Source: the human T2T-CHM13v2.0 reference genome, Homo sapiens. From it: a stretch of 64,000 nucleotides of DNA. Location of the stretch: the NCBI RefSeq assembly GCF_009914755.1, contig NC_060934.1. One strand, 5' to 3'. Both the position numbers and the translations under genes were made by a program. The notes beneath the pieces were generated by a model. That model was not told the DNA's origin. It ran no database searches and saw only the letters and a list, made by a program, of their open reading frames with translations. Each line of letters begins with the position of its first letter. Position 1 is the stretch's first letter. This document shows positions 1-11,300 of this stretch, in pieces.

Positions 1-310
1 CCGTCAGTCTCAGCAAACTATCGCAAGGACAAAAAACCAAACACCACATGTTCTCACTCATAGGTGGGAACTGAACAATGAGAACACATGGACACAGGAA
101 GGGGAACATCATACTCTAGGTACTATTGTGGGGTGGGGGTAGTGGGGAGGGATAGCATTAGGAGATATACGTAATGCTAAATGACGAGTTAATGGGTGCA
201 GCACGACAACATGGCACATGTATACATATGTAACTAACCTGCACATTGTGCACATGTACCCTAAAACTTAGAGTATAATAATATAAAATAAAATAAAATA
301 AAATAAAGAA
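1..310 (+). mobile_element. LINE-1 (L1PA3/4-like) 3' end: ORF2 C-terminus, 3'UTR and A-rich tail; continues upstream of the window
   Basis: Canonical L1 3' end sequence (CTCAGCAAACTATCGCAAGGACAAAAAACC...GTACCCTAAAACTTA) followed by an (AAAAT)n tail; carries the older GAG allele (ATGACGAGTTAA). Confidence 0.95.
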
Positions 311-648
311 AATTATATAATTAGACAAAAAAAGAGCCAAGGTAGTTTTCAGAAATTCATAAAATTATATGGGCATAGCAAGAATGAAAATAAGAAAATG
401 AGAAATGGATTCATAGTTGGAAAATCCAGAAAATATGAATTATGTCATGTGGTTGCAGTCAGGGGCTGAGGCCACTGACACCAAGTAGACAATGGGTGGC
501 CTCCTACAAGATGCCTGGCTGCTAGGGTGGAGGCAGATACAAGAGCTAAAAGGAGCTATATCGGCCAGGTAACTCTCCTCTTTATTTTTTCCTGATTGTT
601 TTCTAACTTTTTAAAAGAGTAAAAACTCCTTTGAATATAAAAATAAAT

Positions 649-878
649 AGTGTTCCTATTTCTCCACATCCTCTCCAGCATCTGTTGTTTCCAGACTTTA
701 TAATGATCACCATTCTAACTGGCATGAGATAGTATCTCCTTGTGGTTTTTCAATCTGCAGTTCTCTAATGACCAGTGATGATGAGATTTTTTCATGTTTG
801 TTGGCCACATAAATGTCTTCTTTTGAGAAGTGTCTGTTCATATCCTTTGCTCACTTTTTAATGGGGTTGTTTTTTCTT
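649..878 (-). mobile_element. Inverted 5' segment of a twin-primed (5'-inverted) L1PA7/8-like element
   Basis: Antisense L1 ORF2 3' sequence (AGTGTTCCTATTTCTCCACATCCTCTCCAGCA...) abuts sense L1 sequence starting GATCTAGAACC at about 880. About 70 nt of consensus is missing between the two pieces, which is typical of twin priming. Confidence 0.85.
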
Positions 879-939
879 GGATCTAGAACCAGAAATACCA
901 TTTGACCCAGCAATCCCATTACTGGGTATATATATACCC

Positions 940-1380
940 TGTCAGGCCTCTGAGCCCAAGCCAAGTCATCGCATCCCCTGGGACTTGCAGGTATATGCCC
1001 ACATGGCCTGAAGTAACTGAAGATCCACAAAAGAAGTAAAAATAGCCTTAACTGATGACATTCCATCATTGTGATTTGTTCCTGCCCCACCCTAACTAAT
1101 CAATGTACTTTGTAATCTCCCCCACCCTTAAGAAGGTTCTTTGTAATTCTCCCCACCCTTGAAAGTGTACTTTGTGAGATCCACCCCTGCCCACCAGAGA
1201 ACAACCCCCTTTGACTGTAATTTTCCATTACCTTCCCACATCCTATAAAATGGCCCCACCACTATCTCCCTTCGCTGACTCTCTTTTCGGACTCAGCCCG
1301 CCTGCACCCAGGTGAAATAAACAGCCATGTTGCTCACACAAAGCCTGTTTGGTGGTCTCTTCACACGGACGCGCATGAAA
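940..1380 (+). promoter_or_regulatory. 5' LTR, LTR7Y-type (promoter/enhancer)
   Basis: Runs TGTCAGGCCTC...CATGAAA. LTR7Y-type blocks GAAGATCCACAAAAGAAGTAAAAA and CCACCAGAGAACAACCCCCTTTGAC; several CCCCACCC (KLF-type) boxes; TATAAAA at 1244-1250; AATAAA at 1316-1321. I count 14 substitutions and no indels versus the 3' LTR (about 3.2%). Confidence 0.9.
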
Positions 1381-1432
1381 TTTGGTGCCGGAACTAAGCA
1401 GCTGCCAGCTTGACTTTTAGCTTAGTGAAATT

Positions 1433-1450
1433 TGGTGCCGTGACTCGGAT
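1433..1450 (+). other. Primer binding site complementary to the tRNA-His 3' end (displaced 50 nt from the LTR by a duplication plus insertion)
   Basis: TGGTGCCGTGACTCGGAT, 18 nt. Confidence 0.93.
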
Positions 1451-1573
1451 CAGGGGACCTCCCTTGGGAGATCAATCCCCTGTCCTCCTGCTCTTTGCTT
1501 GGTGAGAAAGATCCACCTACGACCTCAGGTCCTTAGACTGACCAGCCCAAGAAACATCTCACCAATTTCAAAT

Positions 1574-1582
1574 CCGGTAAGC
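1574..1582 (+). other. HERV-H major splice donor
   Basis: CCG|GTAAGC with GT at 1577-1578, at the usual HERV-H leader position. Confidence 0.75.
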
Positions 1583-1877
1583 GGCCTCTTTTTACTCTCG
1601 TCTCCAAACTCCCTCACTATCCCTCAACCTCTTTCTCCTTTCAATCTTGGCGCCACACTTCAATCTCTCCCTTCTCTTAATTTCAATTCCTTTCATTTTC
1701 TGGTAGAGACAAAAGAGACATGTTTTATCCATGAACCCAAAACTCCGGCACCGGTCACGGACTGGGGAGGCAGCCTTCCCTTGGTGTTTAATCATTGCAG
1801 GGACGCCCTCTGATTATACACTCACGTTTCAAGGGTGTCAGACCACGCAGGGATGCCTGCCTTGGTCCTTCGCCCTT

Positions 1878-2356
1878 AGCGGCAAGTCCCGCTTTCCTGG
1901 GGCCGGGGCAAGTACCCCTCAACCCCTTCTCCTTCACCCTCAGCGGCAAGTCCCGCTTTCCTGGGGCCGGGGCAAGTACCCCTCAACCCCTTCTCCTTCA
2001 CCCTCAGCGGCAAGTCCCGCTTTCCTGGGGCAGGGGCAAGTACCCCTCAACCCCTTCTCCTTCACCCTCAGCGGCAAGTCCCGCTTTCCTGGGGCCGGGG
2101 CAAGTACCCCTCAACCCCTTCTCCTTCACCCTCAGCGGCAAGTCCCGCTTTCCTGGGGCAGGGGCAAGTACCCCTCAACCCCTTCTCCTTCACCCTCAGC
2201 GGCAAGTCCCGCTTTCCTGGGGCAGGGGCAAGTACCCCTCAACCCCTTCTCCTTCACCCTCAGCGGCAAGTCCCGCTTTCCTGGGGCAGGGGCAAGTACC
2301 CCTCAACCCCTTCTCCTTCACCCTTAGCAGCAAGTCCCGCTTTCCTAGGGGGCAAG
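1878..2356 (+). repeat. 64-bp tandem repeat, 7 full copies plus a partial copy, in the HERV-H leader
   Basis: Units start at 1878, 1942, 2006, 2070, 2134, 2198, 2262 and 2326 (AGCGGCAAGTCCCGCTTTCCTGGGGC[C/A]GGGGCAAGTACCCCTCAACCCCTTCTCCTTCACCCTC). Confidence 0.98.
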
Positions 2357-3416
2357 AAACCCCCAATCACTTATTTCCGCACCCCAACCTCTTATCTCTG
2401 CACCCCAATCCCTTATTTCCGCACCCTGACCTCTTATCTCTGTGCCCCAATCCCTTATTTCCATGCCTCAACCCCTTCTCTGCTTTTCTGGAGGGCAAGA
2501 ACCCCCCACCCCTTCTCCGTGTCTCTACTCTTTTTTCTGGGCTTGCCTCCTTCACTATGGGTAAGCTTCCACCTTCCATTCCTCCTTCTTCTCCCTTAGC
2601 CTGTGTTCTCAAAAACTTAAAACCTCTTCAACTCACACCTGACCTAAAACCTAAATGCCTTATTTTCTTCTGCAATGCCGCTGGACTCCAGTACAAGCTC
2701 GACAGTAGTTCCAAATAGCCGGAAAACGGCACTTTCAATTTTTCCATCCTACAAGATCTAAATAATTCTTGTCGTAAAATGGGCAAATGGTCTGAGGTGC
2801 CTGAAGTCCAGGCATTCTTTTACACATCAGTCCCTTCCTAGTCTCTGTGCCCAGTGCAACTCGTCCCAAATCTTCCTTCTTTCCCTCCCACCTGTACCCT
2901 CAGTCCCAACCCCAAGCTTCGCTGAGTCTTTCTAATCTTCCTTTTCTACAGACCCATCTGACCTCTCCCCTCCTCACCAGGCCAAGCTAGGTCCCAATTC
3001 TTCCTCAGCCTCTGCTCCTCCACCCTGTAATCTTTTTATCGCCTCCCCTCCTCACACGTGGTCTGGCTTACAGTTTTGTTCTGTGACTAGCCCTCCCCCA
3101 CCTGCCCAGCAATTTACTCTTAAAAAGGTGGCTGGAGCCAAAGGCATAGTCAAAGTTAATGCTCCTTTTACTTTATCCCAAATCAGATAGCATTTAGGCT
3201 CTTTTTCATCAAATATAAAAACCCAGCCCAGTTCATGGCTCGTTCGTCAGCAACCCTGAGACGCTTTACAGCCCTAGACCCTAAAAGGTCAAAAGGCCAT
3301 CTTATCCTCAATATACATTTTATTACCCAATCTGCTCCCGACATTAAGTAAAACTCCAAAAATTAAATTCCGGCCCTCAAACCCCACAACAGCATTTAAT
3401 TAACCTCGCCTTCAAG

Positions 3417-3653
3417 GTGTACAATAATAGAAAAAAGTTGCAGTTCCTTGCCTCTACTGTGAGACAAACCCCAGCCACATCTCCAGCACACAAGAACTTC
3501 CAAACGCCTGAACTGCAGCGGCCAGGCGTTCCTCCAGAACCTCCTCCCACAGGAGCTTGCTACACATGCCAGAAATCTGGCCACTGGGCCAAGGAATGCC
3601 CGCAGCCTGGGATTCCTCCTAAGCCGTGTCCCATCTCTGTGGGACCCCACTGA
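3417..3653 (+). pseudogene. HERV-H gag remnant, nucleocapsid CCHC zinc knuckle
   Basis: The ORF contains CYTCQKSGHWAKEC (CX2CX4HX4C); upstream gag is broken by stop codons. Confidence 0.9.
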
Positions 3654-3789
3654 AAATCGGACTGTTCAACTCACCTGGCAGCCACTCCTGGAGCCCCTGG
3701 AACTCTGGCGCAAGGCTCTCTGACTGACTCCGTCCCAGATCTTCTCGGCTTAGCGGCTGAAGACTGACACTGCCCGATCGCCTCGGAAG

Positions 3790-5400
3790 CCCCCTAGACC
3801 ATCACGGACACCAAGGTTCGGGTAACTCTCACAGTGGAAGGAAGCCCCTCCCCGTCTTAATCAATACGGAGGCTACCCACTCCACATTACCTGCTTTTCA
3901 AGGGCCTGTTTCCCTTGCCTCCATAACTGTTGTGGGTATTGACGGCCAGGCTTCTAAACCTCTTAAAACTCCCCAACTCTGGTGCCAACTTAGACAATAC
4001 TCTTTTAAGCACTCCTTTTTAGTTATCCCCACCTGCCCAGTTCCCTTATTAGGCTGAGACACTTTAACTAAATTATCTGTTTCCCTGACTATTACTGGAC
4101 TACAGCTATATCTCATTGCCGCCCTTCTTCCCAATCCAAAGCCTCCTTTGTGTCCTCCTCTTGTATCCATCCCCCCACCTTAACCCACAAGTATAAGAAA
4201 GATACCTCTACTCCCTCCTTGGCGACTGATCATGCACTCCTTACCATCTCATTAAAACCTAATCACCCTTACCCCACTCAACGCCAATATCCCATCCCGC
4301 AGCACGATTTAAAAAGATTAAAGCCTGTTATCACTCACCTGCTACAGCATGGCCTTTTAAAGCCTATAAACTCTCCTTACAATTCCCCCATTTTACCTGT
4401 CCTAAAACCAGACAAGACTTACAAGTTAGTTCAGGATCTGCTCCTTATCAACCAAATTGTTTTGCCTATACACCCTGTGGTGCCAAACCCATATACTCTC
4501 CTATCCTCAATACCTGCCTCTACAACCCATTATTCTGTTCTAGATCTCAAACATGCTTTCTTTACTATTCCTTTGCAACCTTAATCCCAGCCTCTCTTCA
4601 TTTTCACTTGGACTGACCCTGACACCCATCAAGCTCAGCAAATTACCTAGGCTGTACTGCCTCAAAGCTTCACAGACAGCCCCCATTACTTCAATCAAGC
4701 CCAAATTTCTTCCTCATCTGTTACCTATCTTGGCATAATGCTCATAAAAACACACGTGCTCTCCCTGCCAATCGTGTCCAACTGATCTCTCAAACCCAAG
4801 CACCTTCTACAAAACAACTCCTTTCCTTCCTAGGCATTCCTAGGCGGTCAGAATTTTTACACAAGAGCCAGGACCACACCCTGTAGCCTTTCTGTCCAAA
4901 CAACTTGACCTTACTGTTCTAGCCTAGCCCTCATGTCTGCGTGCAGTGGCTGCCGCTGCTTTAATACTTTTAGAGGCCCTCAAAATAAGTAGAGGCCTTT
5001 CCTACAGGGTCTGAGAAGGCCACCGCAGTCATTTCTTCCGTTCTGTCAGACATAATTCCTCAGTTTAGCCTTCCCACCTCAATACAGTCTGATAACAGAC
5101 GAGCCTTTATTAGTCAAATCAGCCAAGCAGTTTTTCAGGCTCTTAGTATTCAGTGAAACCTTTATATCCCTTATGGTCCTCCATCTTCAAGAAAAGTAGA
5201 ATGGACTAAAGGTCTTTTAAAAACACACCTCACCAAGCTCAGCCACCAACTTAAAAAGGACTGGACAATACTTTTACCGCTTTCCCTTCTCAGAATTCAG
5301 GCCTGTCCTCGGAATGCTGCAGGGTACAGCCCATTGAAGGTCCTGTATAGACGCTCCTTTTTATTAGGCCCCAGTCTCATTCCAGACACCAGACCAACTT
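3790..5400 (+). pseudogene. HERV-H pro/pol remnants (degenerate protease, RT N-terminus, integrase fragment) with stops and large deletions
   Basis: ORF 4150-4584 has RT motifs (QRQYPI, SPYNSPILPVLKPD..Y.LVQDL, YSVLDLKHAFFTIPL). The protease active site is degenerate (LINTEATHS). Confidence 0.88.
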
Positions 5401-5416
5401 AGACTGTGCCACAAAA

Positions 5417-5447
<31 letters not shown>

Positions 5448-6019
5448 TTGTCATCCCTACTATTTTCTGTCTAGTCATACTCCTATTCACCGTTCTCAAC
5501 TACTCATACATGCCCTGCTCTTGTTTACACTGCCTGTTTACACTGTTTTTCCAAGCCATCACAGCTGATATCTCCTGGTGCTATCCCCAAACTGCCACTC
5601 TTAACTCTTGAAGTAAATAAATAATCTTTGCTGGCAGGACTATGCCAAATCTCCTTAAGCACTCTCTAATCAGACATCCTGAGTCGTCCCAATTCTTAGA
5701 CCTTTTATACCTGTTTTTCTCCTTCTGTTATTCCATTTAGTTTTTCAGTTCATACAAAACCGTATCCAGGCCATCACCAATCATTCTATATGACAAATGT
5801 TTCTTCTAACATCCCCACAATATCACCCCTTACCACAAGACCTCCCTTCAGCTTAATCTCTCCCACTCTAGGTTCCCACGCCGCCCCTAATCCCGCTTGA
5901 AGCAGCCCTGAGAAACATCGCCCATTCTCGCTCCATACCACCCCCCAAAAAATTTTTGCCGCCCCAACACTTCAATACTATTTTGCTTTATTTTTCTTAT
6001 TAATATAAGAAGGCAGGAA

Positions 6020-6460
6020 TGTCAGGCCTCTGAGCCCAAGCCAAGCCATCGCATCCCCTGGGACTTGCACGTATATGCCCAGATGGCCTGAAGTAACTGA
6101 AGATCCACAAAAGAAGTAAAAATAGCCTTAACTGATGACATTCCATCATTGTGATTTGTTCCTGCCTCACCCTAACTAATCAATGTACTTTGTAATCTCC
6201 CCCACCCTTAAGAAGGTTCTTTGTAATTCTCCCCACCCTTGAGAATGTACTTTGTGAGATCCACCCCTGCCCACCAGAGAACAACCCCCTTTGACTGTAA
6301 TTTTCCATTACCTTCCCAAATCCTATAAAATGGCCCCACCCCTATCTCCCTTCGCTGACTCTCTTTTCGGACTCAGTCTGCCTGCACCCAGGTGAAATAA
6401 ACAGCCATGTTGCTCACACGAAGCCTGTTTGGTGGTCTCTTCACACAGACACGTATGAAA
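6020..6460 (+). promoter_or_regulatory. 3' LTR, LTR7Y-type (poly(A) signal at 6396-6401)
   Basis: 441-bp direct repeat of 940-1380, preceded by the PPT. Confidence 0.93.
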
Positions 6461-8119
6461 TACCCAAAGCATTATAAATCATTCTAGTATAAAGACAAAT
6501 GCACATGTATGTTTACTGTGACACTATTCACAATAGCAAAGACTTGGGACCAACCCAAATGCCCATCAATGTTAGAATGGACAAAGAAAACGTGGCACAT
6601 ATACACTATGGAATACTATGCAGCCATAAAAAAGGATGAGTTCATGTCCTTTCCAGGGACATGGATGAAGCTGGAAACCATTATTCTCCACAAACTAACA
6701 CAGGAACAGAAAAGCAAACACCACATGTTCTCACTCATAAGTGAGAATTGAACAATGAGAAAACATGGACACAGGGAGGGGAACATCACACAGCAGGGTC
6801 TGTCAGGGGCTGGGGGCTAGGAGAGGGAGAGCATTAGGATAAATACCTAATTAGATAAATACCTAAAACCTAGATGATGGGTGATGGGTGCAGCAAACCA
6901 CCATGGCACATGTATAGCTATGTAACAAACCTGCAAGTTCTGCACATGTATTCCAGTACTTAAAGTATAATAAATAATACTAATAATAACAAAAACCGAC
7001 TAACTAAATAAATAAAGAATTACTGTTACTAAAGTGAGATGGAGTTACTGATCCTATATTCTCTGGCCTCCTATTCTACTACGCACTGTGGAAGCTCCTG
7101 AGAATGTTCAGTGGTTATCAAGGGACCATAGACCATCCCATGAGAGTCCTCTGAGCAAAGCAAGACAGGGACAATTTTCAGCTGTCTTTCAGAATATGAT
7201 GAAATCTGCTAATTGCCTTAAGAAAAAATTTCATGTGCACACATACGTAAAACTTTACTTACAATTTCAGAGTGTTAAGAACTCCACTTTATGAACAAGA
7301 ACATTGAAATCCAGGGGCCATAACTGGCTCTTTCTCACTTCTCTGCTACTTACCATTTCATTCTTCAGAATTATCTTCTTGAATCCCAGCCTGTGACTGG
7401 ACATCCAGATGTCCCAAGGGGCTCAGGAGGCACAGAGGTAAAGTCACTATGGGAAACTCTCTTCTATGAAACTAAAGTTGCTTATAGCCAAGAAGAATTA
7501 AAGAGTAGAGATGAAGAATTAGGGTAAACAGCTGTTGATGGTCCCTGAGCGATGTCGAGTGCTCCAAAATCCACATGGGAAATCTTCTGTTCCTTCATCC
7601 AGGTGCTGTGAACCACTATCCTTAACAACTTCCCCCTGTGCTCTAGGGGACTTCTCACATGACAGAATATGCCCCCACTCTCTTTGGGATGACCACTAGG
7701 TACTTACCCATTGTTCCCCTTTCTTAGCCCTATCCAATTTTTCCCTACAAGGACTCTATCCATCCTCCCTTAAGCCTCACTCTACTTTTGAGAAGCTGAA
7801 CTCTTTCCTGCCTTGATCTTCATCTTGACTCAGTACCCTGCTCCTAATTTGCTCCTAACCTGGGCTTCTTAGCGATTGTGTTTTCCCATGGGAAAAACCA
7901 AAACTTTGTCCAAAGGTTTATTCATGGAGTAATAGTCCAGGAAAGAAAGCCTACCAAATAAAGCAAAAAGTCAGGAACTAAACCTAAAGAACAAATAGTA
8001 AATACTCACTGGGCTCAGGGGAAGACAATTCACAAGGCTGTGGAAGCCAAGGTAGGCTTCACAGTGATCCCTGGATTTAGGTAGGGTCTTGAAGCCACTA
8101 CATTTATGAAGCTCACCAC

Positions 8120-8310
8120 ATGCAGAGTTCTGTGCTAAGTATCCACTATGCAAGCTCTCTTACTCTTCACATTAACTCAAGGTAGGCATTTTGATTGTGT
8201 TCATTTTGCAGAGCAGAAACTGCAGCTCAAAGACATTAAGGAACTTAATAACATCAATATTACAGAGCCAGAATTTGGACTCAGACCCATTCGATACCAA
8301 AGCTTTTACC
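8120..8310 (-). mobile_element. MIR fragment
   Basis: Reverse-complement MIR core (CATTTTGCAGAGCAGAAACTGCAGCTCAAAGACATTAAGGAACTT...GAGCCAGAATTTGGACTCAG). Confidence 0.6.
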
Positions 8311-8332
8311 AGACTCCAAGCCACTGATTGAT

Positions 8333-8397
8333 CTAGTGCCTAGCACACAGCAACTGCTCGATCAATATTTGCTAAATGAATGAATGAAAGAATGAAT
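8333..8397 (+). mobile_element. L2 3' end fragment
   Basis: AGTGCCTAGCACACAG...AATATTTGCTAAATGAATGAATGAA, a typical L2 tail. Confidence 0.6.
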
Positions 8398-11300
8398 GCA
8401 GCAGTAATTTGAGAATGAGAGGGCTTATGTATCTTGTGGATTATACATCCATGGTGAAGGGGGCAAGCTTAAATGGAGGAAGTGATTATGCAGCTACAGA
8501 ATTATTGACATTTATCTCTGCTAGGCTATGTGCTCAGTGCTTTAACACTTCAGGACAATCCTCTTGAAGTCAACAGAAATATACTGAGTACTAGACCCTC
8601 TGGCTGGCCCTGTATTAGGCCCTCAGGTTGGCGAATTACACTCAAGCATTCATAGCAGAAATACAAAAGAAAGACCTGTAATGTACTTCACACCATGGAC
8701 ACGGCAATCTGGGGGTTTAACTTACCTACTCTCCACTCACCCTCTACAACCATGAGCAATCCATCACGACTTAGATTTCTTTGGCCCTGGGTATTTTGGA
8801 GTGATCGATGGGCTCTGGCTATAGTAAGAATCTACCGCCCCTCTTCCCAGTTCTCACAAACTCCCCATAATAGACTCCCATATAGTGTGAGCAATTTACA
8901 GTATAATGAATTTGTTTTATTCTGGTTCAGTCTGGGCATTGTGGCTCCTGCCTGCCTTCCTGTTGTTTTATTTACTCCTCAGCCATTCTCATTTTTGTAG
9001 CTATTCCCTTTAGCTCTCCTTTTCTGTAAGGTCATTCTAAGGACAGGATGTTGCAATGGCCGAGATGAATTGTGAACAAGTGCAAGCCAGGTGTGTGTTG
9101 GTGATTCTCTCTCCCGCTCTTCTTTTGGACTCTCTGAAATCTGGCCCATAAAGAAAAATATCCCATGCTCAAGATTTAGAGCCCAAATTCCGATTTTGAG
9201 GTCGGTGTCATTCAGATGAATGCCCCTGAGCCAGGCACAACAGAGCAGTTACTGGGAGAGATAAGGTGATTCAGTGTCATACCTCCGAGAGCTGTAACTC
9301 ACCAGGGGTGGGGGGAGACATTTTTGTAACCACTAAAATGTGTAAGGCCAGTCTCAGCCCTATATATTGCTGTTTTCCACAATGGCTGTTTCCTGGAAAA
9401 TCCATCTCTTTCACCACGGGGTGCTAAGGGCATTAAAAATTAGTCAGTTTGCTATACTGGTCTTGTTAATACTTGTGGCAGGACATTAATACAGGATAAT
9501 AGTAATCACATTGGTGCTAAATATTTACAGTGTTAGGGCAATAGCTTTGAATCTCAACCTACTACATTTGATTAATAGTGATGTTAATGGTGGCACCAAG
9601 GAAGATGGACTTCCCAGGCTTCTTCTCCAGACAGTATAAATGCTCCAGTGGTAAATGCTTCATTTATATGTGAATACAATTAAGAGCAACTTCTAATTAT
9701 TTCTGGCACATGCTCTTTAATGCCAGAGCCTTCAAGTCACAGTGGTCAAAGGGTAATACATCATAACAGGTTACAACATCCCCATGGATTTCTTGATTGA
9801 CATAAAAATAGTTTTCTCCCACAATTGATTGACACTATGGCAGGTGGAAAGTAATGGCCAAGCTTCTAGCTGTCCATTAGAAGATCTTCAATCAAGAAGG
9901 ATATGGCTTTAATAATTAGTTTCCATATATGGGGGCTGAGACCAGCTGGACTGTGGATGGCACCCTTTTGGGGACTGAGGCACCTTGGGGATAGTACAAC
10001 TTTTCAGATTAGTCCCTCAGAACAAAAAACCCAAGAAAATGATTTCTAAAATTTCCAGAGTGTTGCTTTTTTCCCCTGGAGGGACATAATTGAAACCAGA
10101 GGTTTACAGTGAAGAAACAGGTGACCTCTAGCTAGAGGTAGGAAATTTTCCAATGAGAAGTGTTTGGTTTTGCCTTTGCAGAATACAGGTGGAGACATGT
10201 ATTTACCTTCAAAAACTGGATCATACATTTCAACATTCATTGGGAGAAAGAGCAGGCATTGTGTTTCAGGAACTGCAGTATATTGTAACCAAATGGGTAC
10301 ACTTGAAAAGAGCTGCAGAATGGGCATCCCACTGTGTTCTGAATGAAACTGTGTGTGCCAGGAGGACAAGGTTTCCTTGGCCTTCCATGCGTAATCTCCC
10401 ATACTTCTGCTACTTGCTCTACATCATGGCTCTGGTTTGGACAGAGGGTCTTCTATGCATGCTTTTTCACTGGAGTGTGGGAAGTTTGGGAGGGAAGAAA
10501 TCCATGGATTTATGGTCTTCCATCCCCTGAGAAACCCCTGGACAACAAGGACCAGGATTTTCCCTGAGATTAGGACAAATGAACAAACAGAAGAAATAAA
10601 GTATTTATTAGGTAAAGACAATTCTACCATCCTGGAAAGGCCAATCATCATGTTTCTGCTTAGAAATAAGACCCAGGCATATTTGTTTCAATGTATATGG
10701 CTGGGCAAACACTTCTTAGCTTTCTTGCCTTCAACTTCTTACCCAACTTAGCCAAACAAAAATTCAGAGATTGCCACTCTGAGTGCTGATACTGGAAACA
10801 AAAGAACAAGATAGGCTCTTCAAGGAGTTCACTTTGTATCAGAATGATAAGATGTAATACAGACACCAAATAACAATGTAGCACTGAAGCACTTGGAAAC
10901 TATATTCCCCAAGTGGTGTGGAAGTACAAAGAAGAAAATGATTAATATCTCTGGGAAAGTAGAAATGATCCACAGTGTCCATGAAAGCTTAACATAGGAG
11001 CTGATATTTAAGCTGAGCTTGAAAAGTGAGCGTAGTTGGGCAAGGTGGAAAACATAGAGGCTTGTGTGTCAAAAGGGTCTTCCCAGCAGTGTTGGGCCTA
11101 AGAACGTGGCATCATGTATTCATCACCCAACAGGAGTGTCCCAGGGAGGTGGAGAGGATACAGAAGTAAAACCTCCAAGGGTGCCTTCATTTACTCAGAG
11201 ATTGTTTTTAGGAATCTTCTGTCCGAAGCACTGGACTACACAATAAATCTTATGATGATGTGGTTAGGGTATTGAAACCACTTTTCTTTATTTCCTCTCT

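Larger units (their letters stand above)
940..6460 (+). mobile_element. HERV-H provirus (LTR7Y-int-LTR7Y) of the common internally deleted type, replication-defective
   Basis: Two 441-bp LTRs (940-1380, 6020-6460); 5-bp TSD TACCC (935-939 and 6461-6465); tRNA-His PBS; PPT AAGAAGGCAGGAA at 6007-6019; gag zinc-knuckle and RT remnants; env largely absent. Confidence 0.97.
879..6995 (+). mobile_element. Sense part of the same L1 (879-939 and 6461-6995), split by the HERV-H provirus
   Basis: The L1 sequence ...ACTGGGTATATATATACCC stops at 939 and resumes TACCCAAAGCATTATAAATC at 6461. The ORF2 C-terminal remnant (ORF 6509-6751), 3'UTR and tail follow. Confidence 0.9.

Noticed and set aside
260-275. 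CTTAG allele in the first L1 as an L1HS diagnostic
   Set aside because: The element has the old GAG allele and other older-subfamily bases, so the G is more likely an independent substitution.
1878-2356. Regular repeat array resembling CRISPR
   Set aside because: Units are head-to-tail with no unique spacers, there are no cas genes, and the context is a primate ERV; it is a minisatellite.
1731-2718. 198-aa and 307-aa repetitive ORFs as novel proteins
   Set aside because: Their length is explained by a stop-free 64-bp repeat. They lie downstream of the major splice donor and show no recognisable domain.
10046-10884. Cluster of overlapping 60-125 aa ORFs
   Set aside because: No recognisable homology or splice-site framing, several use non-ATG starts, and they fall on both strands; consistent with chance.
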